Below are positions 13,140 through 26,375 of a stretch of 64,000 nucleotides of DNA, in pieces. Position 1 is the stretch's first letter. Each line of letters begins with the position of its first letter. Where the stretch lies: positions 26,784,001 through 26,848,000 of the forward strand of contig OX597834.1 in NCBI GenBank assembly GCA_951406725.2. The letters run 5' to 3'. Source of the DNA: Octopus vulgaris (taxonomy: Eukaryota). Both the position numbers and the translations under genes were made by a program. Below the pieces are notes generated by a model. The model worked only from the letters and a program-made list of their open reading frames with translations, was not told where the DNA came from and did no database searches.

Positions 13140-13442
13140 TTGGTAACCCTGCGAGTGTTAGTGCCACGTAGAAAGCACTAGGTCCACACTGTAAAGTGTT
13201 TGGCATTTGGAAAGGCATACAGCTGTAAAAATCATGCCAAAAACTAACCTCGCTTCTACTAGTGCCACGTACAGGGCACTGAGTGCACTCAGCAGAGTGG
13301 TTGGCGTTAGGAAGGGCATCCAGCCGTAAAACCCTACCAAAACAGACTCAAAAATTTTCTACCTGGCCGGCTTCTGTCAACCATCACACTCATGTAGGCA
13401 TGCATGGAAGACGGACATTAAACGATGATGATGACGACGATA
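13140..13442 (+). mobile_element. RTE-type retroelement 3' tail with internal duplication, ending in (GAT)n
   Basis: ggcgttaggaagggcatccagccgtaaaa...ggacattaaacgatgatgatg; tagtgccacgta repeated at about 13159 and 13260. Confidence 0.55.
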
Positions 13443-13481
13443 ATATTATATATATATGTATATATATATATATATATTATA

Positions 13482-13665
13482 CTTTATTTAAAAGCAGCAG
13501 AATTATAACAAAAGCTGTTACTCAGAGTTTCAAGAACGGGAACGTGAAACTCTGAGTAACAGCTTTTGTTATATTTCTGCTGCTTTTAAATAAAGCATAT
13601 TACTCTAGCTCTGGTATTTGAGTACTCTTTTTTCCACCTTGTTTCACATTTGCGTGCTTACTCCG

Positions 13666-13666
<1 letters not shown>
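13482..13666 (+). mobile_element. Penelope-like pLTR remnant with a 51-bp-arm inverted repeat
   Basis: 13482-13532 vs 13545-13595 (1 mismatch); right arm begins t-GAAA-CTCTGAG-TA-ACAG (3' half of a hammerhead); microsatellite flanks. Confidence 0.6.
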
Positions 13667-13746
<80 letters not shown>

Positions 13747-13791
13747 TATATATAATATTATATATATATATATAAATAATAGTATATATAG

Positions 13792-13893
<102 letters not shown>

Positions 13894-13971
13894 ATGTATG
13901 CATGTACATGGGTGTGCACGGGCGTGTCAATGTATCAGTGGGTGTATGGGCGTGTATGTATATATACGTAC

Positions 13972-14013
<42 letters not shown>

Positions 14014-14254
14014 TTGGTATATTTATGTATTTGTTGATTGGGTATCTGCGTGTATATTAGTTATGTACAGCCAGAACATAATTGAAGTCAATCTGCTGGC
14101 GTAAAATCGATTGCTTTATTAATGTATTGTCGTGTCGAAGCATGTCGACACAGTTGACGGCGGAATATTAAGATGAATAAATAAACGTATAAAACGATTT
14201 AATTTAATGGATCCAGTGAAGTGTCAGCTGATGAACCAATCAAAGAACCTACGA

Positions 14255-14259
14255 ACCAA

Positions 14260-14306
<47 letters not shown>

Positions 14307-14915
14307 ACCGACCGACCGACCGACCGACCGACCGACCGACCGACCAACCAGCCAACCAACCAGCCAACCAACCAACCAACCAACCAACCGACCGACCGAC
14401 CGACCGACCAACCAGCCAACAAACCAACCAGCCAGCCAGCCAACCAACCAACCAACCAACCAACCAGCCAACCAACCAACCAACCAACCAACCAACCAAC
14501 CAGCCAACCAACCAACACACTAACCAACCAACCAACTGATCGACCGACCAACCAACCAGCCAACAGACCAACCAGCCAACCAACCAACACACTAACCAAC
14601 CAACCAACCAACCAACCAACCAACCAACCAACCAGCCAACCAACCAACTGACCGACCGACCGACCGACCAACCAACCAATCAACCAACCAATCAGCCGAC
14701 CAACCAACCAACCAGCCAGCCAACCAACCAACTACCAACCAACCAACTACCAACCAACAGACCAACAGACCAACCAACAGACCGACCAACCACACACCTA
14801 CCAACCCACCCAACTAACCAACCAACCAACCAACCAGCCAGCCAGCCAGCCAACAGACCAACCAACCAACCAACCAACCAACCAACCAACCAACCAACCA
14901 ACCAGCCAGCCAACC
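14255..14915. repeat. (CCAA/CCAG/CCGA)n compound tetranucleotide repeat
   Basis: Direct reading. Confidence 0.95.
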
Positions 14916-14984
14916 AATCCCACAACCCATCAATATCGAGACACAATGTATCTGGTATCATTAAACAGAACAAATGAGACAGTC

Positions 14985-15385
14985 ATCGCTGATATGTGTC
15001 CGAGATTAAATAAGACAATTCAGCGAGACTTCATTGAAATATATGCCAGAAATTATAAAACAAACATCATTGGGATTTGCCGAAGATTAAGCGAGATAAA
15101 TAAGAAAATTATCGTTGGCGTTAGCCCAACATTAAAGAGGAAAACACGACAAATATCAAAATATCATTGTTGTTTGCCCAAGATTAAAGCAAGCAAATTA
15201 GAGAGACAACGTTGTCATGTTTTGCCTAAAATTAGACGGCAAACATTATTGGTGTTTGGCTGTGATTAAACGAGGCAAATAAGGAAATAAAAATTGGTGT
15301 TTGCCCAAAATAAAAGAGGATACATACGATAAACGTTATTGGTGTTTGCCAAAGAGTAAGGCAACATTAGGTGTTAGCCCGAACA
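14985..15385. repeat. Degenerate minisatellite, roughly 30-55-bp units
   Basis: Recurrent ATTGGTGTTTGCCCAAGATTAAA-like core, about 8-10 times. Confidence 0.6.
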
Positions 15386-15399
15386 GCATAGATCATATT

Positions 15400-15798
15400 A
15401 CTCTTTTACTTGTTTCAGTCATTTGACTGCGGCCATGCTGGAGACACCGCCTTTAGTCGAGCAAATCGACCCCGGGACTTATTCTTGTAAGCCTAGTACT
15501 TATTCTATCGGTATCTTTTGCCGAACACCTAAGTTACGGGGACGTAAACACATCAGCATCGGTTGTCAAACGGGGGACAAACACAGACACACAAACATAT
15601 ACACACACATACATATATATATATATACATATATACGACGGACTTCTTTCAGTTTCTATCTACCAAATCCACTCACAAGGCTTTGGTCGGCCCGAGGCTA
15701 TAGTAGAAGACACTTGCCCAAGGTGCCACGCGGTGGGACTGAACCCGGAACCATGTGGTTGGTAAGCAAGCTACTTAATACACAGTCACTCCCACGCC
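15400..15798 (-). mobile_element. Family A SINE
   Basis: Near full-length reverse-complement match to the other family A copies. Confidence 0.85.
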
Positions 15799-16345
15799 TA
15801 TTAAAAAAATTAATGGCGGTGCTTCATCCTGGCCACAGCCTCTGGGTGAAACCGAAAATGAAATATAATTTAAAAAGCTTGTGTAAGCGCATTAGCTCTT
15901 CCATGTCACTTGATCTGCTAGAAATAGCAGTCAAATATCACTCAAATAACACACACAGTTATGTTAAAAAGAGAAGGACAGATTGAATTATATAGACCTA
16001 GAAACATTATGTATAAAAATAACACGTGATCATCTTGGGTGGAACGCCTCTGATAACAGCCTTCATTAATCAAGTTTGAGCTAAAGAAAACAAGAATTAT
16101 AAAAAGCAAGGGTGGTGACAGGAGGTGGGGATTTCATAGAGCTGCAGCTGTGGGGAGGAAGGATTGGGTTCTGGAGTGAGGAAGGGGAAGAAAAATAGGG
16201 GAAGGAGGAGGAGAAGCGGGTGGGATATGTGTAGTCTGGGTGGATTAGGGAATGCAGTTAGCTATATCAAATGCGCAAAAGATGTTACAGGAGATTTAGC
16301 AGAGAGGTGGTTCGTAGGTGCATCAGAAGCAGAAGCAGCGGTAAC

Positions 16346-16403
16346 AGTAGTAGTAGTAGTAGTAGTAGTAGTTGTAGTAGTTGTAATAGTAGTAGTAGTA
16401 GTT

Positions 16404-16449
<46 letters not shown>

Positions 16450-16559
16450 CAGTAGTAATTGAAGTAGTAGTAGTAGTTGTTGTTGTAGTAGTAGTAGTAG
16501 TTGTAGTAGTAGTAGTAGTAGTTGTAGTAGTAGTAGTAGTTGTAGTAGTAGTAGTAGTT

Positions 16560-16593
<34 letters not shown>

Positions 16594-16600
16594 AAGAAGC

Positions 16601-16639
<39 letters not shown>

Positions 16640-17090
16640 TGTAGTAGTAGTAGTAGTAGCAGTAGTAGTTGTAGTAGTAGTAGTAGTAGCAGTAGTAGTT
16701 GAAGTAGTAGTAGTAGTTGTTGTTGTAGTAGTAGTAGTAGTAGTTGTAGTAGTAGTAGTAGTAGTAGTTGTAGTAGTAGTAGTTGTAGTAGTAGTAGTAG
16801 CAGTAGTAGTAGCAGTAGTAGTTGTAGTAGTAGTAGTAGTAGCAGTAGTAGTTGAAGTAGTAGCAGTAGTAGTTGTTGTTGTAGTAGTAGTAGTAGTTGT
16901 AGTAGTAGTAGTAGTAGTTGTAGTAGTAGTAGTTGTAGTAGTAGTAGTTGTTGTAGTTGTTGTAGTGGTAGTAGTAGTAGTAGTAGTTGTAGTAGTTGTT
17001 GTAGTAGTAGTAGTAGCTGTTGTAGCAGTAGTAGTAGTAGTAGTACTACTAGTAGTAGTAGTAATTGTAGTTGTAATAGTAGTAGTAGTT

Positions 17091-17127
<37 letters not shown>

Positions 17128-17130
17128 CAG
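16346..17130. repeat. (GTA)n/(GTT) trinucleotide array
   Basis: Direct reading; source of the poly-V/T/L/S ORFs. Confidence 0.95.
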
Positions 17131-17636
17131 CAGCAGCAGCAGTAGCAATAACAGGAGTAGCAGTAGAAATAGAAATAGTATTATATGTAAGCTCCATTAC
17201 TGATGCGTGAACAATGCTCAAGTTATAGATAACTTCTTGAGGTATAAGAGACAGAGAAGAGAGCGCAAGCTCTCACTGGTCTCCCAGGGCCCACAGAAGC
17301 TGCAGGCTCAGTAACTTTCCTCTAGACCAAAATCTTAAGGAACTAACAGCTCACGTGTTTGGCTGAGGAATAAATCGTTGCGTATCAGTATAATGTCCTT
17401 CTTGTGCATGTCGTACATATGTGGTCACTTCTGGTACAAATCCGAAGGAACACTTAGATAAGACGAGCTGGAATCCCCGAATATTCTAAAATATGATTTT
17501 TTAAATACGATATACGCCACGGTAGACATGGCGCAGTCCCAATGCATGGTTCTTTGGCCAAGTGTCTTCTACTATAGCTTGGGGACAACCAAAGCCTCGT
17601 GAGTGGATCTGGTAGACGGAAACTGAAAGAAGCCTG

Positions 17637-17681
<45 letters not shown>

Positions 17682-17921
17682 TAATAAATAAAACATATGC
17701 ATATATATAAACATATATGTACGTACCTACCTCTACATGTACATACACACGCATATATGGAGTACAGGACACCAAAAAGACTTCGAACACAATGAGAAAC
17801 GAAAACATAGACACAAACCCAAGGAACTGGACATTTTTTTAAACAACAAAAAAAAAAGAGTACAGGACAATTAACACAAAGAAAAAAACCCTTCTTCAGT
17901 CGCTATGGTTTCATCTACTCT

Positions 17922-17961
<40 letters not shown>

Positions 17962-18096
17962 ATCAAAATAAGCAAGAAGGATATCCTCTGGATATCCCTG
18001 TTTTATTTTGATTATAATCACCTTATTTTAAATTGTATGGATAATACTATACTAAATTCTGGTGCCTCAACTTAAGAACCATATTCATCTGAATCT

Positions 18097-18137
<41 letters not shown>

Positions 18138-18439
18138 GTGTGTGTGTGTGTACTTGTTTGTATGTATGTATATATGTAAGTATATGCATATATATATATA
18201 TACGTGTGTGTTTGTGTGTGCCATTGTACCTTTGTCTCCTACCACCACTTGACAACTAGTGTTGGTGTGTTTACGTCACCGTAACGTAGCGGTTCGGCAA
18301 ATGTGAACGATAGAATAAGTACCATGGTTAAGATAAGTACTGGGGGCGATTCGATCGGCTAAAAAAATCTTCAGGGCGGTGATCCAGCATGGTCGCAGTC
18401 TAAGACTGGAACAAGTAAAAGATATAAATCGGAAGAGGA

Positions 18440-18830
18440 AGCTGGTAATAAAACCGGACTTGCTGTCTTCAATTCGGTTTCCGTGCCTGTCCTCACCTAA
18501 AGCACCAAAAACAGGGTTCCTCTCAATGACCCCTGGAGTAATGTTACTCGACAGCGTGTGTACCTTGGAGATCAGGGAGTCATTCCAAGTTGAGCCGCTG
18601 CTTTTTGGCATTGAGAGGTCACATCTCTGGTATGACGGACATGTGATTAGAATGACAGGTTCTTCAAGCCAAGTCAACCAGCAGGAGACCTAGGGGTAAA
18701 TCAAGAAGAAGGTGGTTGTATTATATCCATTGTCTCACTCGGTCAGGCTTGAGAATCTAGCCGGAAAGTGTAATGACGGTTACTTCCATTAGGATCCTAT
18801 GGAGGAGGTACCTGAGGGATCTACTGCCGC
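18440..18830 (+). pseudogene. RTE-clade (Expander/Rex3-like) LINE 3' ORF fragment
   Basis: GVMLLDSVCTLEIRESFQVEPLLFGIERSHLWYDGHVIRM, then frameshifted RRPRGKSRRRWLYYI. Confidence 0.7.
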
Positions 18831-20158
18831 GGGGCTGGGGGACCCGGATAGAGGACTACAGAAAAGAAAATTAAGTCGGTTTAATATATCTTAGTAATCA
18901 CGGGCTCCCTCTTTTGGTTCATAAACTTTATTTATGTTACGCGTTTGGTATATCTGAATGGTGACAAAATTTCTAAATTGTGATCTGTTTTATGTCTAAA
19001 ACATACAATATAACGTTAATTAACTCGGTTTATTTCTCTTTTGTATTTAGCTTGTAAGATTCTTGATGTGAACTCGTGTGTTAAAACCTATTCCGTTGTA
19101 TCTCATAGGGTCATTGTACTAATAGTAAACACACGTAAAACAAATGACATACAACCAGTGCGTGTGTTTATTGGCATAACGACCCACCCCAAGATGCGAT
19201 AAAATGACTCAGTTTAATTGATCTTCGTTGTCATTATAATGTAAAATGCTGATGCCTTCGTAAATTGGGTGAATGTAGCAAATCGTTTCTTTGTAGGGTT
19301 CCCGTTCGTTTTGTACAGGAGATAGTTTTCTATGTACAGGTTCGACAAGTTTACATTTAAAAAGATAGACCTGCTTAATAATCAAATGGCAGACTTGTAT
19401 TTCGTTTTTGTATAAAGTTTGCAAGAGTCTTCATGTGAACTCCTATGTTGAAACAGATTTTGTTTTATCTCAGGAGGGTCATTAGGCCAATGATAAACAT
19501 GTGCACTGGTTCTATTTCACTTCTTTCATGAACATTATTGTTCAACAGTTAGACTAGTATACACTCTGAAATATTCTTTATGGTTTTGAGTTCGATCACT
19601 GTTCAAGACACATTGGGAAAATATTTCTGCTATATCTTTAGATCGACCAGTCAACACCTTAAGAGCGAAATCGGGAAATGGGAAATTGAATAAAAACACA
19701 CAGGGGAGGATGAGAATGATCTTGCCCCTGGGTGGTAGAGTTAATACATTGCTTGGTTTGAAACTACAACCACATGACTCTTGGGTGCAAGCATCAAGAA
19801 CGTATCTCTAGCCTAGAAGTAAGTTTTCGTTACTTCCACTATCATTGCGGAAGGCCCAGAAAAGGTGTCACAGGTGGAAAGTATAGAAAAAGTGCTGGGC
19901 CCTGATTTATATATTAGCTAAAAACAAAGAAATAAATAGAAACGAGCAAGTGAAGAAAATAAATAAAAACCTGTTATGTAAACTCTTTGGTCGAGAGATC
20001 GAATGCTGTGACCAGCAGAAATATTTCACAATAGGTGTGACATTGACTAATCGATCTCAGGTAGACAGAATGAAGTAAAATAAAACGAAAATGTTGTGAT
20101 TTCAAACAAATCGAAGTTCAATCATTAGAAAACACCAGATGTCAACACACACGCCTAT

Positions 20159-20240
<82 letters not shown>

Positions 20241-20380
20241 CTATACATATATTTGTGTGCGTGTATATATATATGTATATATATACACGCATGTATGTAT
20301 GTATGTATGTATGTATGTATGTATGTATGTATGTATGTATGTGTGTGTGTTTATGTATATATTTGTACAAACATGTATCA

Positions 20381-20429
<49 letters not shown>

Positions 20430-20648
20430 TGTATGTATGTATTTGTGTGTATATGCTTGTCCTCCCACCATCGCTTGACAACCGATGCTGGTGTATTTAC
20501 GTCCCCGTAAGCTAGCGGTTCGGCAAAAACTCCTGATAGAATAAGTCCTAGGCTTACAGAGAATAAGTCTCGGGGTCTATTTGATCGACCATAGGCGGAG
20601 CTCCAGCATGACCACAGTCAAATGACTGAAGCAAGTAAAAGAATACAA

Positions 20649-20687
<39 letters not shown>

Positions 20688-20907
20688 CACGTATATGTAT
20701 ATATATTCTAACGCAAATATATACATACAATTACACACATACACACACAAACACTCGTATATATGTATATACACATACAGACATACTTTACATTCACTAT
20801 ATACATGTATAGAAGCATAGATACAAGTATAAACACATACACGTATTTATAAATAGGTACATATACGTAAACACTCACAAACATACACACAAACGTACAT
20901 ACACCTG

Positions 20908-21277
20908 TGTTATATAGCTCCGACTTTCACCTGTAATTAAAGATAACTATGTTACTTACGGTCCTGTCTGTACGTACAGGTGAACAAAGATCAAAGGTAG
21001 ACACAGGTATGATATTAGGCGATCAGTTATAAAATCGAACGGCTAATCAATACGGTAAGACAATAACTACGGAATAGGATCTGAGATAGCGTCCACACGT
21101 CTCAATATTCGGTTTCCGTCGTTAAGGGACGTTGCTAAGCAAGGGAGGTAACTACCAGCTGTTGATATTGACCGCAACAAATAAATAAATAATAAAGGTT
21201 GTTTGTCTTACGTCAAGCGTAAGCAGTTACGATCGGACTTTTCTTGTCTCTCATTCTCTTTTCTCTCGTCTCTAACA
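20908..21277 (+). mobile_element. Candidate solo LTR
   Basis: TGTTATA...TCTAACA termini, TATAAAA at about 21028, AATAAA cluster at about 21180-21196; no matching TSD. Confidence 0.3.
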
Positions 21278-21289
21278 TTGTTATACCGA

Positions 21290-21668
21290 GTCGCAATGGC
21301 CCAGTGGTTAGAGCAGCGGACTCACGGTCGGAGGATCACGGTTTCGATTCCCAGACCGGGCATTGTGAGTGTTTATTGAGCGAAAACACCTAAAGCTCCA
21401 CGACGCTCCGGCAGGGGGTGGTGGTGAACCCTGCTGTACTCTTTCTCCACAACTTTCTCTCGCTCTTTCTTCCTGTTTCTCTTGTACCTGTATTTCAAAG
21501 GGCCAGCCTTGTCACATTCTGTGTGTCACGCTGAATCTCCTCGAGAACTACGTTAAGGGTACACGTGTCTGTGGAGTGCTCAGCCACTTGCACGTTAATA
21601 TCACGAGCAAGCTGTTCCGTTGATCGTATCAGCTGGGACCCTCATCGTCGCAACCGACGGAGTGCTCC
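21290..21668 (+). mobile_element. Family B SINE
   Basis: Same tRNA-like head as 383; tail shared with the 27402 and 41475 copies. Confidence 0.8.
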
Positions 21669-22007
21669 TACATTGTTATACATGTGTAGGCGCAGGCGTG
21701 GCTGTGTGGTAAGAAGCTTGATTTCCAACCGCATGGTTCCGAGTTCAGTCCTACTGCGTGGCACCTTGGGCAAGTATCTTCTATAGCCTCGGGCTAATCA
21801 AAACCATCTGAGTAGGTTTGGTGACGGAAAATGAAAGAAGCCCATCGTATATGTCTGTCTGTCTATCTATCTATACTTGCCCAAGGTGACATGTAGTGGG
21901 ACTGAAGCCTAAAACTACATGTTTGCAAAGTGAACTTCTTAAACACGCAGCCATATATATGTATATGTGTTGTGTGTATGTGTGTGTATGTGTGTGTGTG
22001 TATGTGA

Positions 22008-22050
<43 letters not shown>

Positions 22051-22051
<1 letters not shown>

Positions 22052-22459
22052 TCTTTTACTCTTTTACTTGTTTCAGTCATTTGACTGCGGCCATGCTGGA
22101 GCATCGCCTTTAATCGAGCAACTCGACCCCGGGACTTATTCTTTTGTAAGCCCAGTGCCTATTCTATCGGTCTCTTTTGCCGAACTGCTAAGTAACGGGG
22201 ACATAAACACACCACCATCGGTTGTCAAGCAACGCTAGGGGGAGACAAACACAGACACACAAACACACACATGCATATATATATATATATATATTTGTAT
22301 TTATATATATATATACACATACGACGGGCTTCTTTCAGTTTCCGTCTACCAAATCCACTCACAAGGCTTTGGTCTTGCCCAAGGTGCCACGCAGTGGGAC
22401 TGAACCCGGAACCATGTGGTTGGTAAACAAGCTACTTACCACACAGCCACTCCTGTGCC
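22051..22459 (-). mobile_element. Family A SINE
   Basis: Reverse-complement family A copy with a small internal deletion. Confidence 0.85.
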
Positions 22460-22522
22460 TATATACATACATATATATATATATACATATATACAAACAC
22501 ACAGGCATATAAGTGTATATAG

Positions 22523-22555
<33 letters not shown>

Positions 22556-22908
22556 CGGTGATGTCAACAAACCAACACCAGTTATCAAGCCGTGGTGGGT
22601 GACAAAGAAAAGCACAAAGTCATACACATATATATACATATATACATTATCTATATAAGTCTATATAAGACGGGTTTCTTTCAGTTTCTTATCAACTGAT
22701 AAGGTTATATATATATGGAAATCAACTAATGAGAAAAATCCGCTGCGAATATTCCTTGTATCATGTTTTGTCTCCTTTTTCTGTCCGTTATGTTTTCGCC
22801 AAGTTTTCATCTAAGTTTTCCCTTCGTTGTGTTCTTACTGCTTAACCCTTGGAATATCCATTGTAGCGCAACGCACGCCGTTTGTTGACACACAGACACA
22901 CACACACA

Positions 22909-23020
<112 letters not shown>

Positions 23021-23142
23021 AAATCTAATTCTCTTGTTCCATTCTCTTTAGATTCCTATCATTGATTTCAAATGCTACAGCTTTTAACGACCTCCAAGGA
23101 CTGGACGGTGGTGGTATTATGCAAGGTAATTGCTTAAGTCTA

Positions 23143-23300
23143 CCTATTTCTTTATTACCCACAAGGGGCTAAACACAGAGGGGACAAACAAGGACAGACA
23201 TAGGTATTAAATCGATTACATCGACCCCAGTGCGTAACTGGTGCTTATTTTATCAACCCCGAAAGGATGAAAAGCAAAGTCGACCTCGGCGGAAATTGAA
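23143..23300 (-). mobile_element. 5'-truncated family C SINE
   Basis: Matches the 3' two-thirds of family C. Confidence 0.8.
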
Positions 23301-24044
23301 GTCTACCACCCAAGAACGGGTAGAATCCAAGCGACAAAGTTCTGCACGATACCCGTATACTCCGATTTTATATTCAACTCCCAACACATGGATCGACCTG
23401 AAACTGTGACAGAGTAAAAACCACATTTTCAAGGTAATGTACGGTTGGTATGGAACCCGGTACCTCGATGATTACATGAGCGTTGTTGACGCAGGCAACA
23501 CTACTGACACTGGAAGAAGAGAAATGGGAAGAAAAGCAAAGGCGAAGCGAGGACGGAAAGCGGGGGAAGTTGCTGTCCTTCCAACCTTCCAAACGCAGTA
23601 ATGAAGGCCGTAAAGTTTCACCTAGCTTATACCTGTTAATTAATGGTGTGGGCGCCAAAAGTGACCTCCCTTTAAATGAAGTGGCTTTACCTTAACCGAG
23701 TGTTTGGATCCCTTGCCTCTTGTTAAGTTACAAGTTGAGGGGGAAGTGTTACACACGGCTTGCTGGTTGTACTATGAACATCATAAACCAACGAGGGAGC
23801 CACCAGTGTTGTTGCGGCTGCTAGAAGCAGCAGCCAAATTTCTCTGAAATTATATTTATAATTTACCTTATAGAACGATAACCTAGGCTAAAGTGATTTC
23901 GTCCAAAGTTCGTTGCACATACGAAAGAAGAAAAAAATAAAACCGATTGGATGGTCACGGCTTGAAGGCCTTTAATCAGAATTTTGATCGGTCAGAGCTG
24001 AATTGAAGACTAAATAACGACAACAATAACATCAAAGTAGCAAC

Positions 24045-24051
24045 AGCATCG

Positions 24052-24096
<45 letters not shown>

Positions 24097-24372
24097 ATAT
24101 CCTCCTCCCTTTCTCTTCATCACCGCCACCATAATCCTCATCGTCATCAACATCGTCGTCATCGCCATCATCATAATCGTTGTCTCCATCATCATTATCA
24201 TCATCATCATCATCAACTGCAACAGCAACAACAAGCAGCAACAGTAATAACAATATCATCATCATCATCATCATCCTGACTCCGCCCACCACCACCACTA
24301 CCATCACCACCACCACCATCACCGTCATCGTCATCATCGTCATCATCATCATCATCGTCATCGTCATCGTCG

Positions 24373-24409
<37 letters not shown>

Positions 24410-24627
24410 TAATATCGTCATATTAATCATCGCTGTCACTGTCGTCGTCGTCATCATCATCATCATCATCTTCCTCCTCCTCCTCCTCCTCCTCATCATC
24501 ATCATCATCATCATCATCCTCATCATCATCATCATCCTCATCATCATCATCATCATCATTATCATCATCATCATTAATATCGTCATATTAATCATCGCTG
24601 TCACCGTCGTCGTCGTCGTCGTCGTCG

Positions 24628-24669
<42 letters not shown>

Positions 24670-24680
24670 ACAACAACAAC
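24045..24680. repeat. (CAT/CGT/CCT)n compound trinucleotide array
   Basis: Direct reading. Confidence 0.95.
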
Positions 24681-25390
24681 TACAATAGCTATGAAAGCTA
24701 TTTGAAGTTGAATGTCGCGGGTTCGAATGAAACAATAGGTTACACTACAGCTGCTGGAAGCAACCGTGCTCTCACCTCGACACAAACACAAAAGCATCTG
24801 GCGGGGAGGATGGAGGGCGGGCGTGGTGGTTGGGGGTTGGGAAGGGTGGTTGAGGGTACAAGGGTGGATAATGGCGGTATTTATGGCTGACTCCTTAATG
24901 TGTTTGTTTGTTCCAGTTGGTCTCTTCTCGAAGTACGCCGCACCCAGGCATTAAGCATGGGTGGGGTTACCCCGGCATAATTAGCCGCTTAAACCTTTTC
25001 CTTATTGTCGCACAATCATTTACCACGCGACAATTGGCGGCGGGGGAGTAGGTGGCTTTTATGTCTATCTGCTCATTGAAACACACAAGCATTCATACAG
25101 CCACACACACACACAAAAACACATATACACACACATTTACTTACATCTATGTGTGTGTCTCTGCGTAATTATACAAACGTATATGTATGAATATGTGCAT
25201 GTATGTATGTGTGTGTGAATATATGCACATACAGACGCAAATACTTGCTAATCATTATATGTTATTATGAAACTTGTATCATGTAAATGTAATCTGCAGA
25301 GATATGTAAGGATGCAAGTATGTGCGCTATGTGTGACGCACGTATATATTATATATGTACACACATACGTATGCAAGCCCATATATGTGC

Positions 25391-25440
<50 letters not shown>

Positions 25441-25594
25441 AATTGAGTAGTTGAATTAATTATCTTGTTATGGATAATTCGGTTAACCGATACCTGGGTA
25501 GCAAACTCACAACAGAAAGAACACGGTTGAAGTTACGACCATAGGGCATATACTCCGTGCCTTAGTGCGGAAATTTGAAGTTTAATTTCATATA

Positions 25595-25735
25595 ATGAGT
25601 ATAGGAAAGAATGGAGCTGAGCGAAGATTTAACAAAATTCCTTTATTTTATTTTCGACATATGTTTCGAAACATATGTCGAAAATAAAATAAAGGAATTT
25701 TGTTAAATCTTCGCTCAGCTCCATTCTTTCCTATA

Positions 25736-25740
<5 letters not shown>
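25595..25740. repeat. Perfect 146-bp palindrome centred on TTTC|GAAA of a hammerhead 3' half
   Basis: 73-bp arms, no spacer, axis at 25667/25668; each arm reads GAAA-CATATG-TC-GAAAAT. Confidence 0.9.
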
Positions 25741-25776
<36 letters not shown>

Positions 25777-26091
25777 AGAACAAACTTACTTAGAAATGGA
25801 TGCGTGCGTTCTAAAATATAATAACAAAATAATAAATAAAACATATGCATATATACATACATATATGTACGTACCTACATCTATATGTATATATATACAT
25901 GCATATATGGGTACAGGACACCCAAAAAACGTCGAACACAATGAGAAACGAAAACATAAACACAAAACCAAGGAAATGGACATTCTTCTTAAACAACAAA
26001 AAAACAGAGTACAGGACATACAATACAAGGAAAATTCCCCTTCTTCAGTCGCCTCTGTTTCATCTACTCCGCGTTACGAAGGTCATATATA

Positions 26092-26308
26092 GAGGGTGGT
26101 GCAAAAGTAGGTATACAGTTATGAAAAAAAAAAGAAACACGTACAATACTCATTTCTATCAAAAGTGTTACCATAAAGGCATTATTATGATTAATGGCAT
26201 TGAAAACATCAAAAATGAGGCTAACTAATTTAATGTGCTAATTAATTTTATGGATTAAGTATTATAATGTTGATATGATACTTACCGTACACCTACTTTT
26301 GCACCCCT
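26092..26308. mobile_element. Tc1/mariner-type MITE
   Basis: TIRs GGTGCAAAAGTAGGT / ACCTACTTTTGCACC, TA flanks. Confidence 0.7.
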
Positions 26309-26375
26309 ATATATATATAATAGAAATATTAAAATTACTAAGTCTCTCTAAAGGAGATTACGGCAGCGTTACTGG

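Noticed and set aside
14985-15385. CRISPR-like repeat-spacer appearance
   Set aside because: Repeats too degenerate, spacers related to each other, no cas genes, eukaryotic context.
16164-17221. Mucin-like poly-T or poly-V ORFs
   Set aside because: (GTA)n microsatellite with no unique flanking coding sequence.
17186-17490. Second possible solo LTR (TATAAG then AATAAA)
   Set aside because: No CA terminus or TSD identifiable.
19052-19500. Two diverged copies of about 80 bp (19052-19131 and 19419-19500)
   Set aside because: Similarity is real, but they are too decayed to classify and probably an old repeat.
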